Source: Planctomycetales bacterium
GTDB taxonomy: Bacteria > 4484-113
Length of the DNA stretch: 64,000 nucleotides
Assembly (NCBI GenBank): GCA_037441675.1
Contig: JBBIRS010000006.1
Span: 51,644 to 115,643 of the forward strand
Direction: 5' to 3'
Part shown: positions 9,982-20,298 of the stretch, piece by piece
How positions within the stretch are numbered: the first letter of the stretch is position 1
Layout: every line of letters begins with the position of its first letter
Notes under the pieces: generated by a model
Told to the model about the DNA's origin: nothing
Seen by the model: only the letters and a program-made list of their open reading frames with translations
Databases searched by the model: none
Translations under genes and position numbers: made by a program

Positions 9982-12429
9982 CTAATTTATGAGCTCTGAG
10001 CTGACATCCATGCTGTAATCCGTGGTAGGACCGCTACGGTAGAAGCACCTTATATAGTATCTGCCATCAGCATCAACGTCCCATTGAAGTTCCTGTAAGC
10101 CATCTCCGACTATTATCCCATCAGCTTTCACTACTCCGCCGGAGTCAAGTAGACGGAAGCCGAAATCCGTATCCGAATTATACTCAATAGTTGCAGTTAA
10201 TCTTTGCCCTACTAATAAATCAACGAAAAAGTAATCGTTTTCATCACCATCGTATCCGCCAGGTCCGAGATTACCCCAGAAATCAACCACCGGCAGAGTT
10301 GGTAGAGCGTTTGCCTGGCTAGGCAGATCATTGTTCTCTATTTCGTTATAAAGAATTGTGAGTGTGAAATTATAATTTGCGGTCCCGACAGAGTTTGAAA
10401 CGGTGAGCAATGAATTATAGCGCCCTGGATAAAGAAGCCTAATAGAGGCGGTCACAGTGTCAGAATTTCCTGATACTATCAGTGGTTCCGTTCCGCCACC
10501 AAAGTCCCAAGTGAAATCATATGGTGGGTCACCAGTAACGCTAGCGGTGAGACTAAGTTCTTCTCCCGCCCTGCCGGATTTTGGTGTTACGTTTAGTATG
10601 CTTGGTGGTAGCAGAACTTTTTCAGTAATTTGGAATGTAAAAGCTAATATGTCAGTATCAAAGATATTTCCAATCAAAAGCCATCCGGCGTAAACGTCCG
10701 CGAGAGCGGTTAAAGTCACCTCGGGACTTTCTTCTATGCTTGCTTCAGGTTCAGCCCATCCGCTAAAGTTCCAGATGTAATAGATAGGTAAACTACCAGT
10801 AGTTCTTGCGCTAAACGTTACTATTGAATCTTTAACACCGCTGGTAGGCGATATGTCAATTATTTGCGGACGATAACCAACATTTATCGCAAAGTTTTTG
10901 CGTGCAGTGCCTAGAGGGTTTCTAACCTCTACATAAGCGCTATAAAAACCAGGGAAAGTCGGCTCGACCCTAGGAAACTTCTCGGTGGAAGTGTTAGGTG
11001 TAGCTGCCCCACCGAAATTCCAGTTGTATGTGAGTGGCTCTACACCTTCCGCCTCAACAGAGAATCGCGCCTCCTCAAACATAGGCAAGTTTGCTGGTGA
11101 AGGAGAAATACTGAGAATTCTTGGTCGCTCACCAAATACTACCTTTACCTGTGTTTTAAAGGTATCAACTCCAAGCTCGTTAGAAACAGTTAGCTGAACA
11201 GAATAATTCCCAGGCTCTGGAGTTGTTACCGTGGGGTTAGCCAAATTTGGATTATCTACCAAAAAGTTTTCTGGGAATTGCCACTCATATTCAAATGGCG
11301 GGTCCCCAGAAAGAATGGCAGAAAAAGTAACGCTGGTTTGGTCATAGGTTTGAGTTGGACTTATTCCTAAAATTAGTGGCGCACCGCTTGGTTGGATGCG
11401 AAATCTTATCAAAACGCTGTGCGAACCAAATGGATTGGTCACAGTTAAAGCAATGTTATAGTCTCTAGGGGTACTAAGCAAGACAGTTGGATGCGCCTCG
11501 CTTGATTCTGTTGGCTCCCATGTGCTAGGAAAGCCCCAACTATATGTCAAAGACTCTCCACCCACTACCTCAGCGGAAAAGGTAACTTCTTCGCTCTCTC
11601 TGCCAGAGGTTGGTGAAATCGCGAGAATTCTCGGAGCTCCTATGTAAACTGGATGAGAAGGTTCGCCAGAATTTCCTTCCACATCTATGGGAGTAACAAA
11701 AATACCAGTGCCTTCTGAGGGTAGGGTACCTGAGCGAAAGCTTGAGTTGGGCACATCTACAATAAAGTAGTCATTTCCAATACTGGGAGTTCTTTCATCA
11801 AAGGATACGCGGACAAGTTCATAATTCTCTCCGTCCAAAGGATTTGACACGTAAACTAAATAGGCTGAAACACTTGCACGGAAATTCTGAGCCAGAGTCT
11901 TCACATCACTTATATCAACCACTCCATCTAGGTTGTAATCTGCGACTCGGGCTAGCGGGTTATTTGAGGTTTTCAAGAAATTCTCAGCAATTGGGATTAG
12001 GTCGGAAAGATTCACCACACCATCTTCTGTGCCATCGCCTTGATTTTTGTATGTCCACTTGAGCTGTATGGATTCATCATCATAAGCGATAATTTCCAGA
12101 TCATTGACTTGATTTAAGATGCCGGTGGGGGCAACTTGAGTGCTTTTGACGCTATTAGAACCAGCCTGTTGGTAAATCTCTTTTATCAGCTCTTCTTTAA
12201 GTCGCTCAAATAAATCTTTTCCTACTCCTTTTGGAGTTGGCAGTTCTATTATTTGATTGACAAGTTCCAGTTGAAGACTTGATTTGACTTCTTCATTTTT
12301 TTGGTTAGCGATTAACTTCTTTTCTCCACTCGCAGAACAGCTTGCTAGCAGGAACAAAGAGAAGGTTATGAGAATGATTTCAAGAAATAATGAGGCTCTC
12401 AAATAATTAAATTTTTTCTCTGACCTCAC
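9982..12429 (-). CDS. Surface lipoprotein paralog: dockerin-like pair, about 5 PKD-like domains, C-terminal PPC-like domain
   Basis: Lipobox LLAS-C; YKNQGDGTEDGVVNLSD and ADYNLDGVVDISD; repeated PRILxISP..Y.W.F; EIENND..NLGPGGYDGD; SD GAGGAGG before GTG. Confidence 0.85.
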   Translation of the reverse strand: MRSEKKFNYLRASLFLEIILITFSLFLLASCSASGEKKLIANQKNEEVKSSLQLELVNQIIELPTPKGVGKDLFERLKEELIKEIYQQAGSNSVKSTQVAPTGILNQVNDLEIIAYDDESIQLKWTYKNQGDGTEDGVVNLSDLIPIAENFLKTSNNPLARVADYNLDGVVDISDVKTLAQNFRASVSAYLVYVSNPLDGENYELVRVSFDERTPSIGNDYFIVDVPNSSFRSGTLPSEGTGIFVTPIDVEGNSGEPSHPVYIGAPRILAISPTSGRESEEVTFSAEVVGGESLTYSWGFPSTWEPTESSEAHPTVLLSTPRDYNIALTVTNPFGSHSVLIRFRIQPSGAPLILGISPTQTYDQTSVTFSAILSGDPPFEYEWQFPENFLVDNPNLANPTVTTPEPGNYSVQLTVSNELGVDTFKTQVKVVFGERPRILSISPSPANLPMFEEARFSVEAEGVEPLTYNWNFGGAATPNTSTEKFPRVEPTFPGFYSAYVEVRNPLGTARKNFAINVGYRPQIIDISPTSGVKDSIVTFSARTTGSLPIYYIWNFSGWAEPEASIEESPEVTLTALADVYAGWLLIGNIFDTDILAFTFQITEKVLLPPSILNVTPKSGRAGEELSLTASVTGDPPYDFTWDFGGGTEPLIVSGNSDTVTASIRLLYPGRYNSLLTVSNSVGTANYNFTLTILYNEIENNDLPSQANALPTLPVVDFWGNLGPGGYDGDENDYFFVDLLVGQRLTATIEYNSDTDFGFRLLDSGGVVKADGIIVGDGLQELQWDVDADGRYYIRCFYRSGPTTDYSMDVSSELIN

Positions 12430-12723
12430 GCTTTCCTCCTCAATTTGTATTGAAGTTACTTATTAAACCACACTTAAATTGTAGCTTGAGAAGGCGGATT
12501 AAAGCAAGGAATTTCTAATTCGAATATTTTTTCGTCTATTTTTATGGCTAATTTGTCGCAATTTAGGAAAGAAGGAAAACCCTAGTGATTAATGACGGTG
12601 AACATCTACTAAAGAATTTATTCTCCCTAATCTAAAGAAGACCATTAAGAGAGAATCATAACAATGCTATCTCACTAGTTGTTGGCAGGCTGACGGGCAG
12701 GTGGTAGCTTCACTCCTCCATAG

Positions 12724-12978
12724 CTAGTTATCGGGAAGAACGCTGACAAATGTCTTTCCGTTTTCCTTTCTGAACTGAACCTTACCATCTTTTAATGCAA
12801 AGAGGGTAAAATCACGACCAAGGCGGGTGCCCTCACCGGGGTAGAACTTCGTTCCCCTTTGACGGATTATAATCCCACCCGCTCGCACCTTTTGTCCACC
12901 ATATACCTTCACCCCTAGACGTTGCCCAAGAGAGTCTCTTCCATTTCTACTGCTTCCAAGTCCCTTTTTATGTGCCAT
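12724..12978 (-). CDS. rpmA: 50S ribosomal protein L27
   Basis: [32 protein letters not shown]. Confidence 0.99.
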   Translation of the reverse strand: MAHKKGLGSSRNGRDSLGQRLGVKVYGGQKVRAGGIIIRQRGTKFYPGEGTRLGRDFTLFALKDGKVQFRKENGKTFVSVLPDN

Positions 12979-13015
12979 GTTGAATTCTCCTTTGAAATGT
13001 TAATGTTATTTTTTT

Positions 13016-13399
13016 CTATTCTTCCTTTGATTCTGCTTCTATTTCAAGCCCTTCTTGCGCTTTCTCAGGTTTCTTCGCTCCCTTTATAGCTATTTTTTCT
13101 ACCTGAACAACGGTTATTTTGTCGCGATACCCTTTAGTTCGCCGATAGTTTTTCTTTGAGTGGTACTTGAACACCCGAATCTTTTTTCCCTTTGACTGCT
13201 CCACGGCTTTCAGGGTAACTTTCGCTTTATCCAAAGTGGGATTGCCAATAAGAACTTCTCCATCATCAGGGGCGAATAGGATTACCTTTTCCACGTCCAA
13301 TCTTTGACCCACAGACACCTTCTGATGTGGAAGTTCCAAGAGCTCTTTCTCACGAACGTGATACTGCTTACCAAGAAATTCAATTATTGCATAACTCAT
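13016..13399 (-). CDS. rplU: 50S ribosomal protein L21 with a short charged C-terminal tail
   Basis: MSYAIIE..GKQY.V, KIRVFKY..KKNYRRTKG; directly upstream of rpmA. Confidence 0.97.
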   Translation of the reverse strand: MSYAIIEFLGKQYHVREKELLELPHQKVSVGQRLDVEKVILFAPDDGEVLIGNPTLDKAKVTLKAVEQSKGKKIRVFKYHSKKNYRRTKGYRDKITVVQVEKIAIKGAKKPEKAQEGLEIEAESKEE

Positions 13400-13566
13400 A
13401 TTAGAATTACTAGTTTAGCTTTTAAATTTGATAATGTCAATTATCATTACTCTTATGATTATGATTATTGTAAGAACGGAGTAAGCTCAATAGACGAGTA
13501 AATGAAATAGTATGAAAACATTAGCATTTTGAATGCAGTTTGAAGTTAAATATGTAACTATTACCT

Positions 13567-16194
13567 TTAGGATACTTCTAAAACACGTACCACACTTTCT
13601 AACAAGTGCTCAGATGAATAAGGTTTCATCAAAACGGCTGAAAATCCTATCTCCTCAAGCTCAGCGATATCAGCACTATCTGCAAGCCCTGTTGAAGCGA
13701 TGGCTTTGACGTTCGGATTGAGCTTCTTTAGCTCTGAAATAACGGTGCGCCCATCCATTATTGGCATAGAAATATCAAGAATAACCAAAGAGATTTCACT
13801 TAGGTACTTTCGGTAAATGGCTAGTGCTTCGGTTCCATTACTCGCAATAATCACCTTAAACCCGTTTGATTCCAACGTGAGCTTGGCAACTTCTGCAATG
13901 ACCTGTTCATCATCCGCAACAAGAATGGTTTGTCCTTTACCCTTTGTCTCCTTTGAAGTCCCCATTCTTTCTATACCAAAGTCCCTTATAGTTTCTGTTT
14001 CAATTGCAGGAATATAAACGTCAAAACGCGAGCCATTTCCAGGCTCACTATAAACGTTAATAAAACCTCCATAGCTTTTCACGATGTTATAAACAGTTGA
14101 GAGACCTATCCCACTACCCATTTCTTCTCCCTTTGTAGTATAAAATGGCTCAAAAATGTGGTCAATTACCTCGGGCGTCATGCCGGTTCCAGTATCGCTT
14201 ATTGTAATCAGAACATAGGTGCCGATTCTAGCGTCAATATGAATTCTCACGTAGTTCTCATCAATGAATACGTTTTCACAGCTTATTCTCAACAAGCCAC
14301 CATTTGGCATAGCGTCCTTTGAATTTATGCAAATATTTAGTAGGATCTGCCTCAATTGAGTTGGATCGCCCAAAACGCAATTATTGTCCTCCTTTAATTC
14401 AACTCGGAGCTTTATATTTTTTGGGAAAGTTTGCGAAATAAACTTGGCAGTTTCATTTATTATATCCTTTACATTCACCGTAATCCTTTCCCCTACCACA
14501 CCCTTCCCAAAAGATAAGATACGCTTCACAAGCTCCGCACCATGTTTTGTAGAATTGTCCAACAGCTCAAGAAACCTTTTGGATTTCTCGTCTGTAAGTT
14601 TCTCTTTCAAATTGCCCACGGCGACAAGAATAGGAGTCAGAATATTATTCAGGTCATGGACAATTCCGCTGTCGAGCCTACCAATACTTTCCATTCTCTG
14701 CGTTCGCATAATCTGAGATTCAAGAAGCTTTATCTCTGTTAAATCCCTTTCCACCACTAGTACTGATTCAGCTTTTCCTTCCGCATCTCGAACCAGCACC
14801 CAACTACTGCTGACGATTCTTTCTTTACCATCTTTAGTTTGGATTCTCAATTCTGTTTCCAGTGATCCCTTCCTTAGAACCTCTTTTATATAGTCCTGAT
14901 ATTTGCTTTCTTCCTTCAATAGCAAAGACTGAAATTCTTTCCCGATAATATCATCCTTCTTAAAACCATAAAGTTTAGTCGCTCCTTCATTCCAGAAATA
15001 AACTCTTCCTTGTAAATCTCTTACTGAAATAGCGTCGGGAGCTAAATCCAACAATAACGCTTGTTGTCTCAATTGTGCTTCACTCTTCTTTATCTCTTAT
15101 ATATCTTTTTCAATATTTTCAGCCATTTCATTAAAAGCTTTACCCATTAGGGAGAACTGACCATACAATCCTTGCGGGTTAATCCTAGTAGAAAGCTCGC
15201 CTTTTGATATCTTCAAAGTAGCATCCAGAAGCCTAGTTATAGGTTTGACTATCAATAAGTCTCCCATAAACCAAGCGCCCATTAAAGCTAAAGATGTTAC
15301 TATTAGCAAAACTAAGAGCTCTAGGTTCATCCTGTCCCTTAATTGAGAAAACGCAATCTCTTCAGGTATGATAAAGATGGCATAAGCCTTCATAGCCCCA
15401 GGGCTTGAAATCAATTGTGCATACGTGTAAAGATTGAGGACTCCTGCCTCATCCTTTTCAATAATTGTGCCAGTATCAAAGTCTAACTTTTCTTTCATTC
15501 TTGATAGCTCTTCAAACTTATCTCCTGCTTTCTCTTCCGTAAAGGGATAGCGCATCAGTATGCTTCCCCCTTCATCTACGAGTAGAAACTTTGAACCCAA
15601 TGGCGAACCAGATACTCTGATGAAATCTTGAAGCCACTCCAGCGACATTGCGGCGAACAAAACCGCAACAATTTCCCCACTTTCATCCAAAACAGGATAA
15701 GCAAAGTTTATCCCGGGCTTTCCTGTAACTCTACCGATCTGATACTCTCCTACTGAGAAGCCTTTATTTTGTATGACTCGTTTGAAGTAGAGCCTATCTC
15801 CAAGGAAAACCTTTTCCTTGACCGGTAGAGCGCTTGCCAGCAGATATCCATCCCTTCCGATAAGTCCAAAGTTTGCATAAATCAAGTGACTACTTAGGAT
15901 GTTTCGTAAAAGTCCATTCACCTCTTCAACGTTCATTTTCTTGATTGGCTCTGAAAGTGCTAATGATTGAAGAATGATCATTGTTTGATTAACCAGCATT
16001 TTCTCTCTTAAAACCAAAAGCTTTACCAGGGCAAGGAACTTTGCTTTCGTTTCTTCAATTTCTCTTAGCCTGTCTTGTTGTGTTTGTTTAATAGTGATAA
16101 CTCCGAGGGGTAAAGTGCTGACGAGAATAAGCAAAACCAGCGCTAACCTAACCCCAACATTCTGGGATGATGTCCTGAAAGTTTTTTCGCTCAT
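13567..16194 (-). pseudogene. Hybrid sensor kinase (TM-Cache-TM-HAMP-PAS-HisKA-HATPase-REC) split by one in-frame TAA at 15097-15099
   Basis: The two ORFs share a frame: ..ENIEKDI*EIKKSEAQLRQQ..; H-box HDLNNILT, G-boxes DTGTGM and GSGIGL, receiver motifs VADDE and LDISMP. Confidence 0.85.
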
Positions 16195-16640
16195 TCCTCT
16201 TTCCTTATGAAACTAATCATTTTACATCACCGTTATTCGCTACTCTAATTCAAGGATACCACTTTACTCTGTATAAAACATCTTTGAGTGACTTTCTAAA
16301 GATATACATAAGTTCAATTTCCAAAGCGAAAATTGACATTACATCAATATACAAACCTTTCAGATGAAATATCATTAAAACACAACACACTTTCACCCCC
16401 TTTATTTTAATAGTATAATAATGTCAATATTTGCAGTCTAATTATACCATAGAATGTCAACTAATACAAAATTAGCATTAAAATTAAATATATGTAATTA
16501 TGCTTTTCTGTAACGCAAAGCAAAGGTCTAAACTCATTGGATAAATCATTACCCTATCAATTCTTCAACGATTAGTATTTTTGGGAATGCCATTTGATTT
16601 GGTTACGAAGATAGGAAGGACATAATCTAAGAGATTGAAC

Positions 16641-16669
16641 TTGCAAAAATAGTTGCAAGAAGATATAAT
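16641..16669 (+). promoter_or_regulatory. Sigma70-type promoter of the ileS leader
   Basis: TTGCAA-N17-TATAAT. Confidence 0.75.
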
Positions 16670-16693
16670 TTTTACGTGAGGAGCTAGTGAAAG

Positions 16694-16765
16694 ATGTTGG
16701 TATGGAACGACGTTAAGGAGAGAAGAATTTCGCGATTTTCTATTATTATGACCAGGGCGGGATAG
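16694..16765 (+). CDS. Putative ileS leader peptide MLVWNDVKERRISRFSIIMTRAG
   Basis: GAGGAG at 16678-16683; 23 codons with three ATT (16727, 16742, 16745); the stop lies inside the 5' arm of the predicted antiterminator. Confidence 0.6.
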   Translation: MLVWNDVKERRISRFSIIMTRAG

Positions 16766-16821
16766 AGGAACGTGCGTTTTCTATCCCTAGCCCTTCTCGG
16801 AAGAGGAGGGCTTTTTTATTT
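16754..16821 (+). terminator. Attenuator: intrinsic terminator with a mutually exclusive antiterminator upstream of ileS
   Basis: Terminator AGCCCTTCTC-GGAA-GAGGAGGGCT-TTTTTATTT (16789-16821); antiterminator AGGGC-GGGATAG pairs with CTATCCC-(TA)-GCCCT. Confidence 0.8.
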
Positions 16822-16869
16822 CAGAATAATGGAATATTTTGGCTTTATCTTGTTTGATAAGGATGCGAA

Positions 16870-19800
16870 ATGGGCAGATTTGAAAAGGTTGACACTAGTT
16901 ACAACTTTCCGGAGTTAGAGAACAAAATCCTAAATTTTTGGGAGAAGGAGCGGATTTTCCAAAAGAGCCTTGAAAAACCCTCACTAATGGGAGAATTTGT
17001 ATTTTACGAGGGCCCGCCCACTTTGAATGCGCTCCCGCATCCTGGACATGTCCTGACCAGAGTGATAAAGGACATAATTCCACGCTATCGCACAATGAAA
17101 GGCTATCATGTATCTCGCAAAGCCGGATGGGACACACATGGCTTGCCTGTGGAGATTGAGGTAGAAAAAGAGCTCAATTTCAGCTCTAAACAACAAATTG
17201 AATCCTACGGAATTAAGAATTTCAATGAGAAGTGTTTACAAAGTGTTCGTAAGTACGAAGGCGAATGGGTTAATATAAGCAATCGTGTAGGCTTCTGGCT
17301 TGATTATACAGATGCGTATTACACTTACACTAACGAATACATCGAATCTATTTGGTGGCTCTTGCGTGAGCTGTGGAATAAGGGGCTAATTTACGAGGAT
17401 TACAAAATAGTTCCCTATTGTTTTAGATGTGGAACGCCGTTATCTTCTCATGAGGTTGCCCAGAATTACCGCGAAGTGTCTGACCCAAGTGTTTATGTCA
17501 AGTTCAAAATCACCACTGATCTGACCAAATTTCATTCTGACTTGCGAATAGGTAATGTTTACTTTTTGGTATGGACGACAACTCCCTGGACTTTAATCTC
17601 TAATGTTGCACTTGCGGTGAATCCGAATGCGGAATACGTGGCAGTTTATCACTCAGGTGATTATCTCATTCTTGCTAGAGATTTGATTGACTCTGTCGGA
17701 TTATCCGAAGAGCCATTTGTCGCAAGTTTCTCAGGTTCAGATTTAAGGGGAGTAAAATTTGAGCCTCTCTATGGGTTCTTTGAAGTTGATAGAGAAGGTT
17801 GGTATGTGGTAACTGAAGAGTTTGTTAGTTTAACTGAGGGAACAGGTATCGTCCACATAGCGCCAGCTTTTGGTGAGGAGGATTACGAGGTTGGCAAGAA
17901 AAACAACCTTCCCTTCATTCAGGCAGTTGACGATAAAGGTGCTTTCAAGGAGGAAGTGAAGCCTTGGGCTGGTATGAATGTTAAAGACGCTGACCCACAC
18001 ATCATTTCTGAGTTGAAGGCTAGACAGCTTATGTATCACGCCACCACATACACCCACGAGTACCCATTTTGCTGGCGTTGTGAATCGCCACTTCTTTATT
18101 ACGCTTTTATTTCCTGGTTTATAGCTGTAACAAAGGTGAAGGAGAGGTTGTTGGAGCTGAATCAACAGATTAACTGGATACCCAACCATATCCGTGATGG
18201 CAGATTTGGGCAATGGCTTGAGAGTGTTGTTGATTGGGCGCTTTCTAGGAACCGTTATTGGGGGACGCCACTTCCAATTTGGAACTGCGAAAGTTGTGGA
18301 CACAAGATAATGATTGGCTCCTATGATGAGCTTGGAAGGCTTGCCAATCTTCAGGTGGAAGACTATTACAACCGTGAAAGGTTTGACCCACATCGGCCAT
18401 TTATTGATGAGATTAAGATAAGTTGCGAAAAGTGCAACGGCGTGATGAGCAGAGTTCCCCATGTCATTGATTGCTGGTTTGATTCAGGCGCGATGCCCTT
18501 TGCGCGTTATCACTATCCATTTGAGAATAGGGAGCTTATTGATGATGGCAAGCAATTTCCGGCTGATTTTATATCAGAGGCAATTGACCAGACGCGTGGT
18601 TGGTTCTACACGCTTCATGCCATTTCCGTTATGATCAAGGATAGTCCAGCTTATAAGAACTGCTTAGTTCTTGGGCATATCCAAGATGAGCGAGGCCGGA
18701 AGATGAGCAAGAGCCTTGGAAACGTTGTTGACCCGTGGACGGTTATTAATAGGCAAGGCGCGGATGCGTTTAGGTGGTACTTCTACAGCAATACACAGCC
18801 TTGGGTTCCAAGCAGATTTAGCGAGCGAGCGGTTGTCAAAAGTTTGCAGGGATTTCTCATCCCCCTTTGGAACGTGTATTCCTTCTTTGTTATTTACGCC
18901 AACATTGATAATTTTGACCCAACTAGTGAGGCAAGTCCATGGCAAAGCAGAAGTGAGCTGGATAGGTGGATTTTAGTTAAGCTAAACCAGCTTGCTGACA
19001 AGCTAAACAATTACCTTGAGAATTATCAAATAACGGAAGGTGCAAGAGAATTGGAAACATTCTTGGATAGCTTGAGCAACTGGTACGTTAGAAGAAGTCG
19101 GCGTAAGTTTTGGAAAAGCGAGATGGATAAAGAGAAGTGGGACGCCTATCATACTCTTTACGAAGTTCTTACGACACTCGCAAAGCTCATTGCGCCATTT
19201 ACACCGTTTATTGCGGAAGAGTTGTATCAAAAGCTTGTTCGCAGGTTTTATATGGATGTACCCATTTCAGTTCATTTAGTTGATTATCCAACTCCAAAGG
19301 AAGAAGTTAAAGATGACGAGCTTGTGAGAGAGATGGATACTGCTCTAAGAGTAGTTAAGCTTGGACATGCTGCGCGTAATCTCTCCAAGATAAAGGTCCG
19401 TCAACCCCTATCATCCGCAACCATTATTTGCGATCGGGAGGAGATTAAGCAGGCTATTGAGATCCACAAACTGACAATTTGTGAAGAGCTCAACATAAAG
19501 GAACTTATTTTTGCGGAGGATGAAGAGGACTATGTAAATTACTTGGTGAAGTTGAACTATGCCCTTATTGGCCCGAGATTGGGGAATTTAACCCCAAAGG
19601 TCGCGAGCGCAATCTCTGCCATTAATCCTAAAGATATAGTGAGTGAGCTTGAGGAAAAGGGAACGGTTAGTCTTACAATTGAGGATAAGCAGATTGAATT
19701 AGCTAGCACGGAACTTGAGGTTCGGCTAATTGAGAAGCAGGATACTATTGCCCAAAGAGACGGAAACCTTCTACTCATACTCAACACTGAAATTTCCCCA

Positions 19801-20076
19801 GAGCTCAAGGAGGAAGGCTTGACACGGGAGTTCATCAGCAGGGTCCAAAACCTTAGAAAAGAGCTAAATCTTAATTACGAAGATAGAATTGAGCTTTTCT
19901 TTAAGACTGAGGAACCTGTGAAAAGCGCGATACTGAAGCACATGGACTTAATCTGTTCAGAGACCCTTGCGGTGAAATTTATTGAAGATACAAAGCTCTC
20001 TGAGGAGACTGAAGGTGCGCATACAACAGACGTTGAGAATGTGAAGACGGTGCTAAGAGTTGCTCCGGTGAGGTAA
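16870..20076 (+). CDS. ileS: Isoleucyl-tRNA synthetase, type 2 (archaeal/eukaryote-like clade)
   Basis: FYEGPP..PHPGH (HIGH), WTTTPWTL, DWALSRNRYWGTPLP, DQTRGWFY, KMSKS; IleRS2-type C-terminus (EGLTREFISRVQNLRK) with no IleRS1 zinc finger. Confidence 0.97.
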   Translation: MGRFEKVDTSYNFPELENKILNFWEKERIFQKSLEKPSLMGEFVFYEGPPTLNALPHPGHVLTRVIKDIIPRYRTMKGYHVSRKAGWDTHGLPVEIEVEKELNFSSKQQIESYGIKNFNEKCLQSVRKYEGEWVNISNRVGFWLDYTDAYYTYTNEYIESIWWLLRELWNKGLIYEDYKIVPYCFRCGTPLSSHEVAQNYREVSDPSVYVKFKITTDLTKFHSDLRIGNVYFLVWTTTPWTLISNVALAVNPNAEYVAVYHSGDYLILARDLIDSVGLSEEPFVASFSGSDLRGVKFEPLYGFFEVDREGWYVVTEEFVSLTEGTGIVHIAPAFGEEDYEVGKKNNLPFIQAVDDKGAFKEEVKPWAGMNVKDADPHIISELKARQLMYHATTYTHEYPFCWRCESPLLYYAFISWFIAVTKVKERLLELNQQINWIPNHIRDGRFGQWLESVVDWALSRNRYWGTPLPIWNCESCGHKIMIGSYDELGRLANLQVEDYYNRERFDPHRPFIDEIKISCEKCNGVMSRVPHVIDCWFDSGAMPFARYHYPFENRELIDDGKQFPADFISEAIDQTRGWFYTLHAISVMIKDSPAYKNCLVLGHIQDERGRKMSKSLGNVVDPWTVINRQGADAFRWYFYSNTQPWVPSRFSERAVVKSLQGFLIPLWNVYSFFVIYANIDNFDPTSEASPWQSRSELDRWILVKLNQLADKLNNYLENYQITEGARELETFLDSLSNWYVRRSRRKFWKSEMDKEKWDAYHTLYEVLTTLAKLIAPFTPFIAEELYQKLVRRFYMDVPISVHLVDYPTPKEEVKDDELVREMDTALRVVKLGHAARNLSKIKVRQPLSSATIICDREEIKQAIEIHKLTICEELNIKELIFAEDEEDYVNYLVKLNYALIGPRLGNLTPKVASAISAINPKDIVSELEEKGTVSLTIEDKQIELASTELEVRLIEKQDTIAQRDGNLLLILNTEISPELKEEGLTREFISRVQNLRKELNLNYEDRIELFFKTEEPVKSAILKHMDLICSETLAVKFIEDTKLSEETEGAHTTDVENVKTVLRVAPVR

Positions 20077-20298
20077 GTTTGTAGGAAAATAATTCGTTTT
20101 TCGCTAGAGATTACTGTTGGCTTTTATTGGGTTATTGTTGGATTTCCAATTTAGACCTTCCGTGAAGAGCGTTACTCTTCCCTCTACTCCGCCCTAATTT
20201 TTTGCGGTAAAAATGGTAAATAAGGAGACAACTTCCCGGTAAGAGATCTCTTAACCTAAGAACAGCTGTCTTCATTTGAGGAATAATGAGACTCGATG

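Noticed and set aside
16690-16830. T-box riboswitch upstream of ileS
   Set aside because: No GGTGGNACC T-box bulge or Stem I AGVGA/GNTG motifs were found; the leader fits a peptide attenuator instead.
17830-19835. Several minus-strand ORFs inside ileS, including a 210-aa one
   Set aside because: Antisense shadows of a conserved gene.
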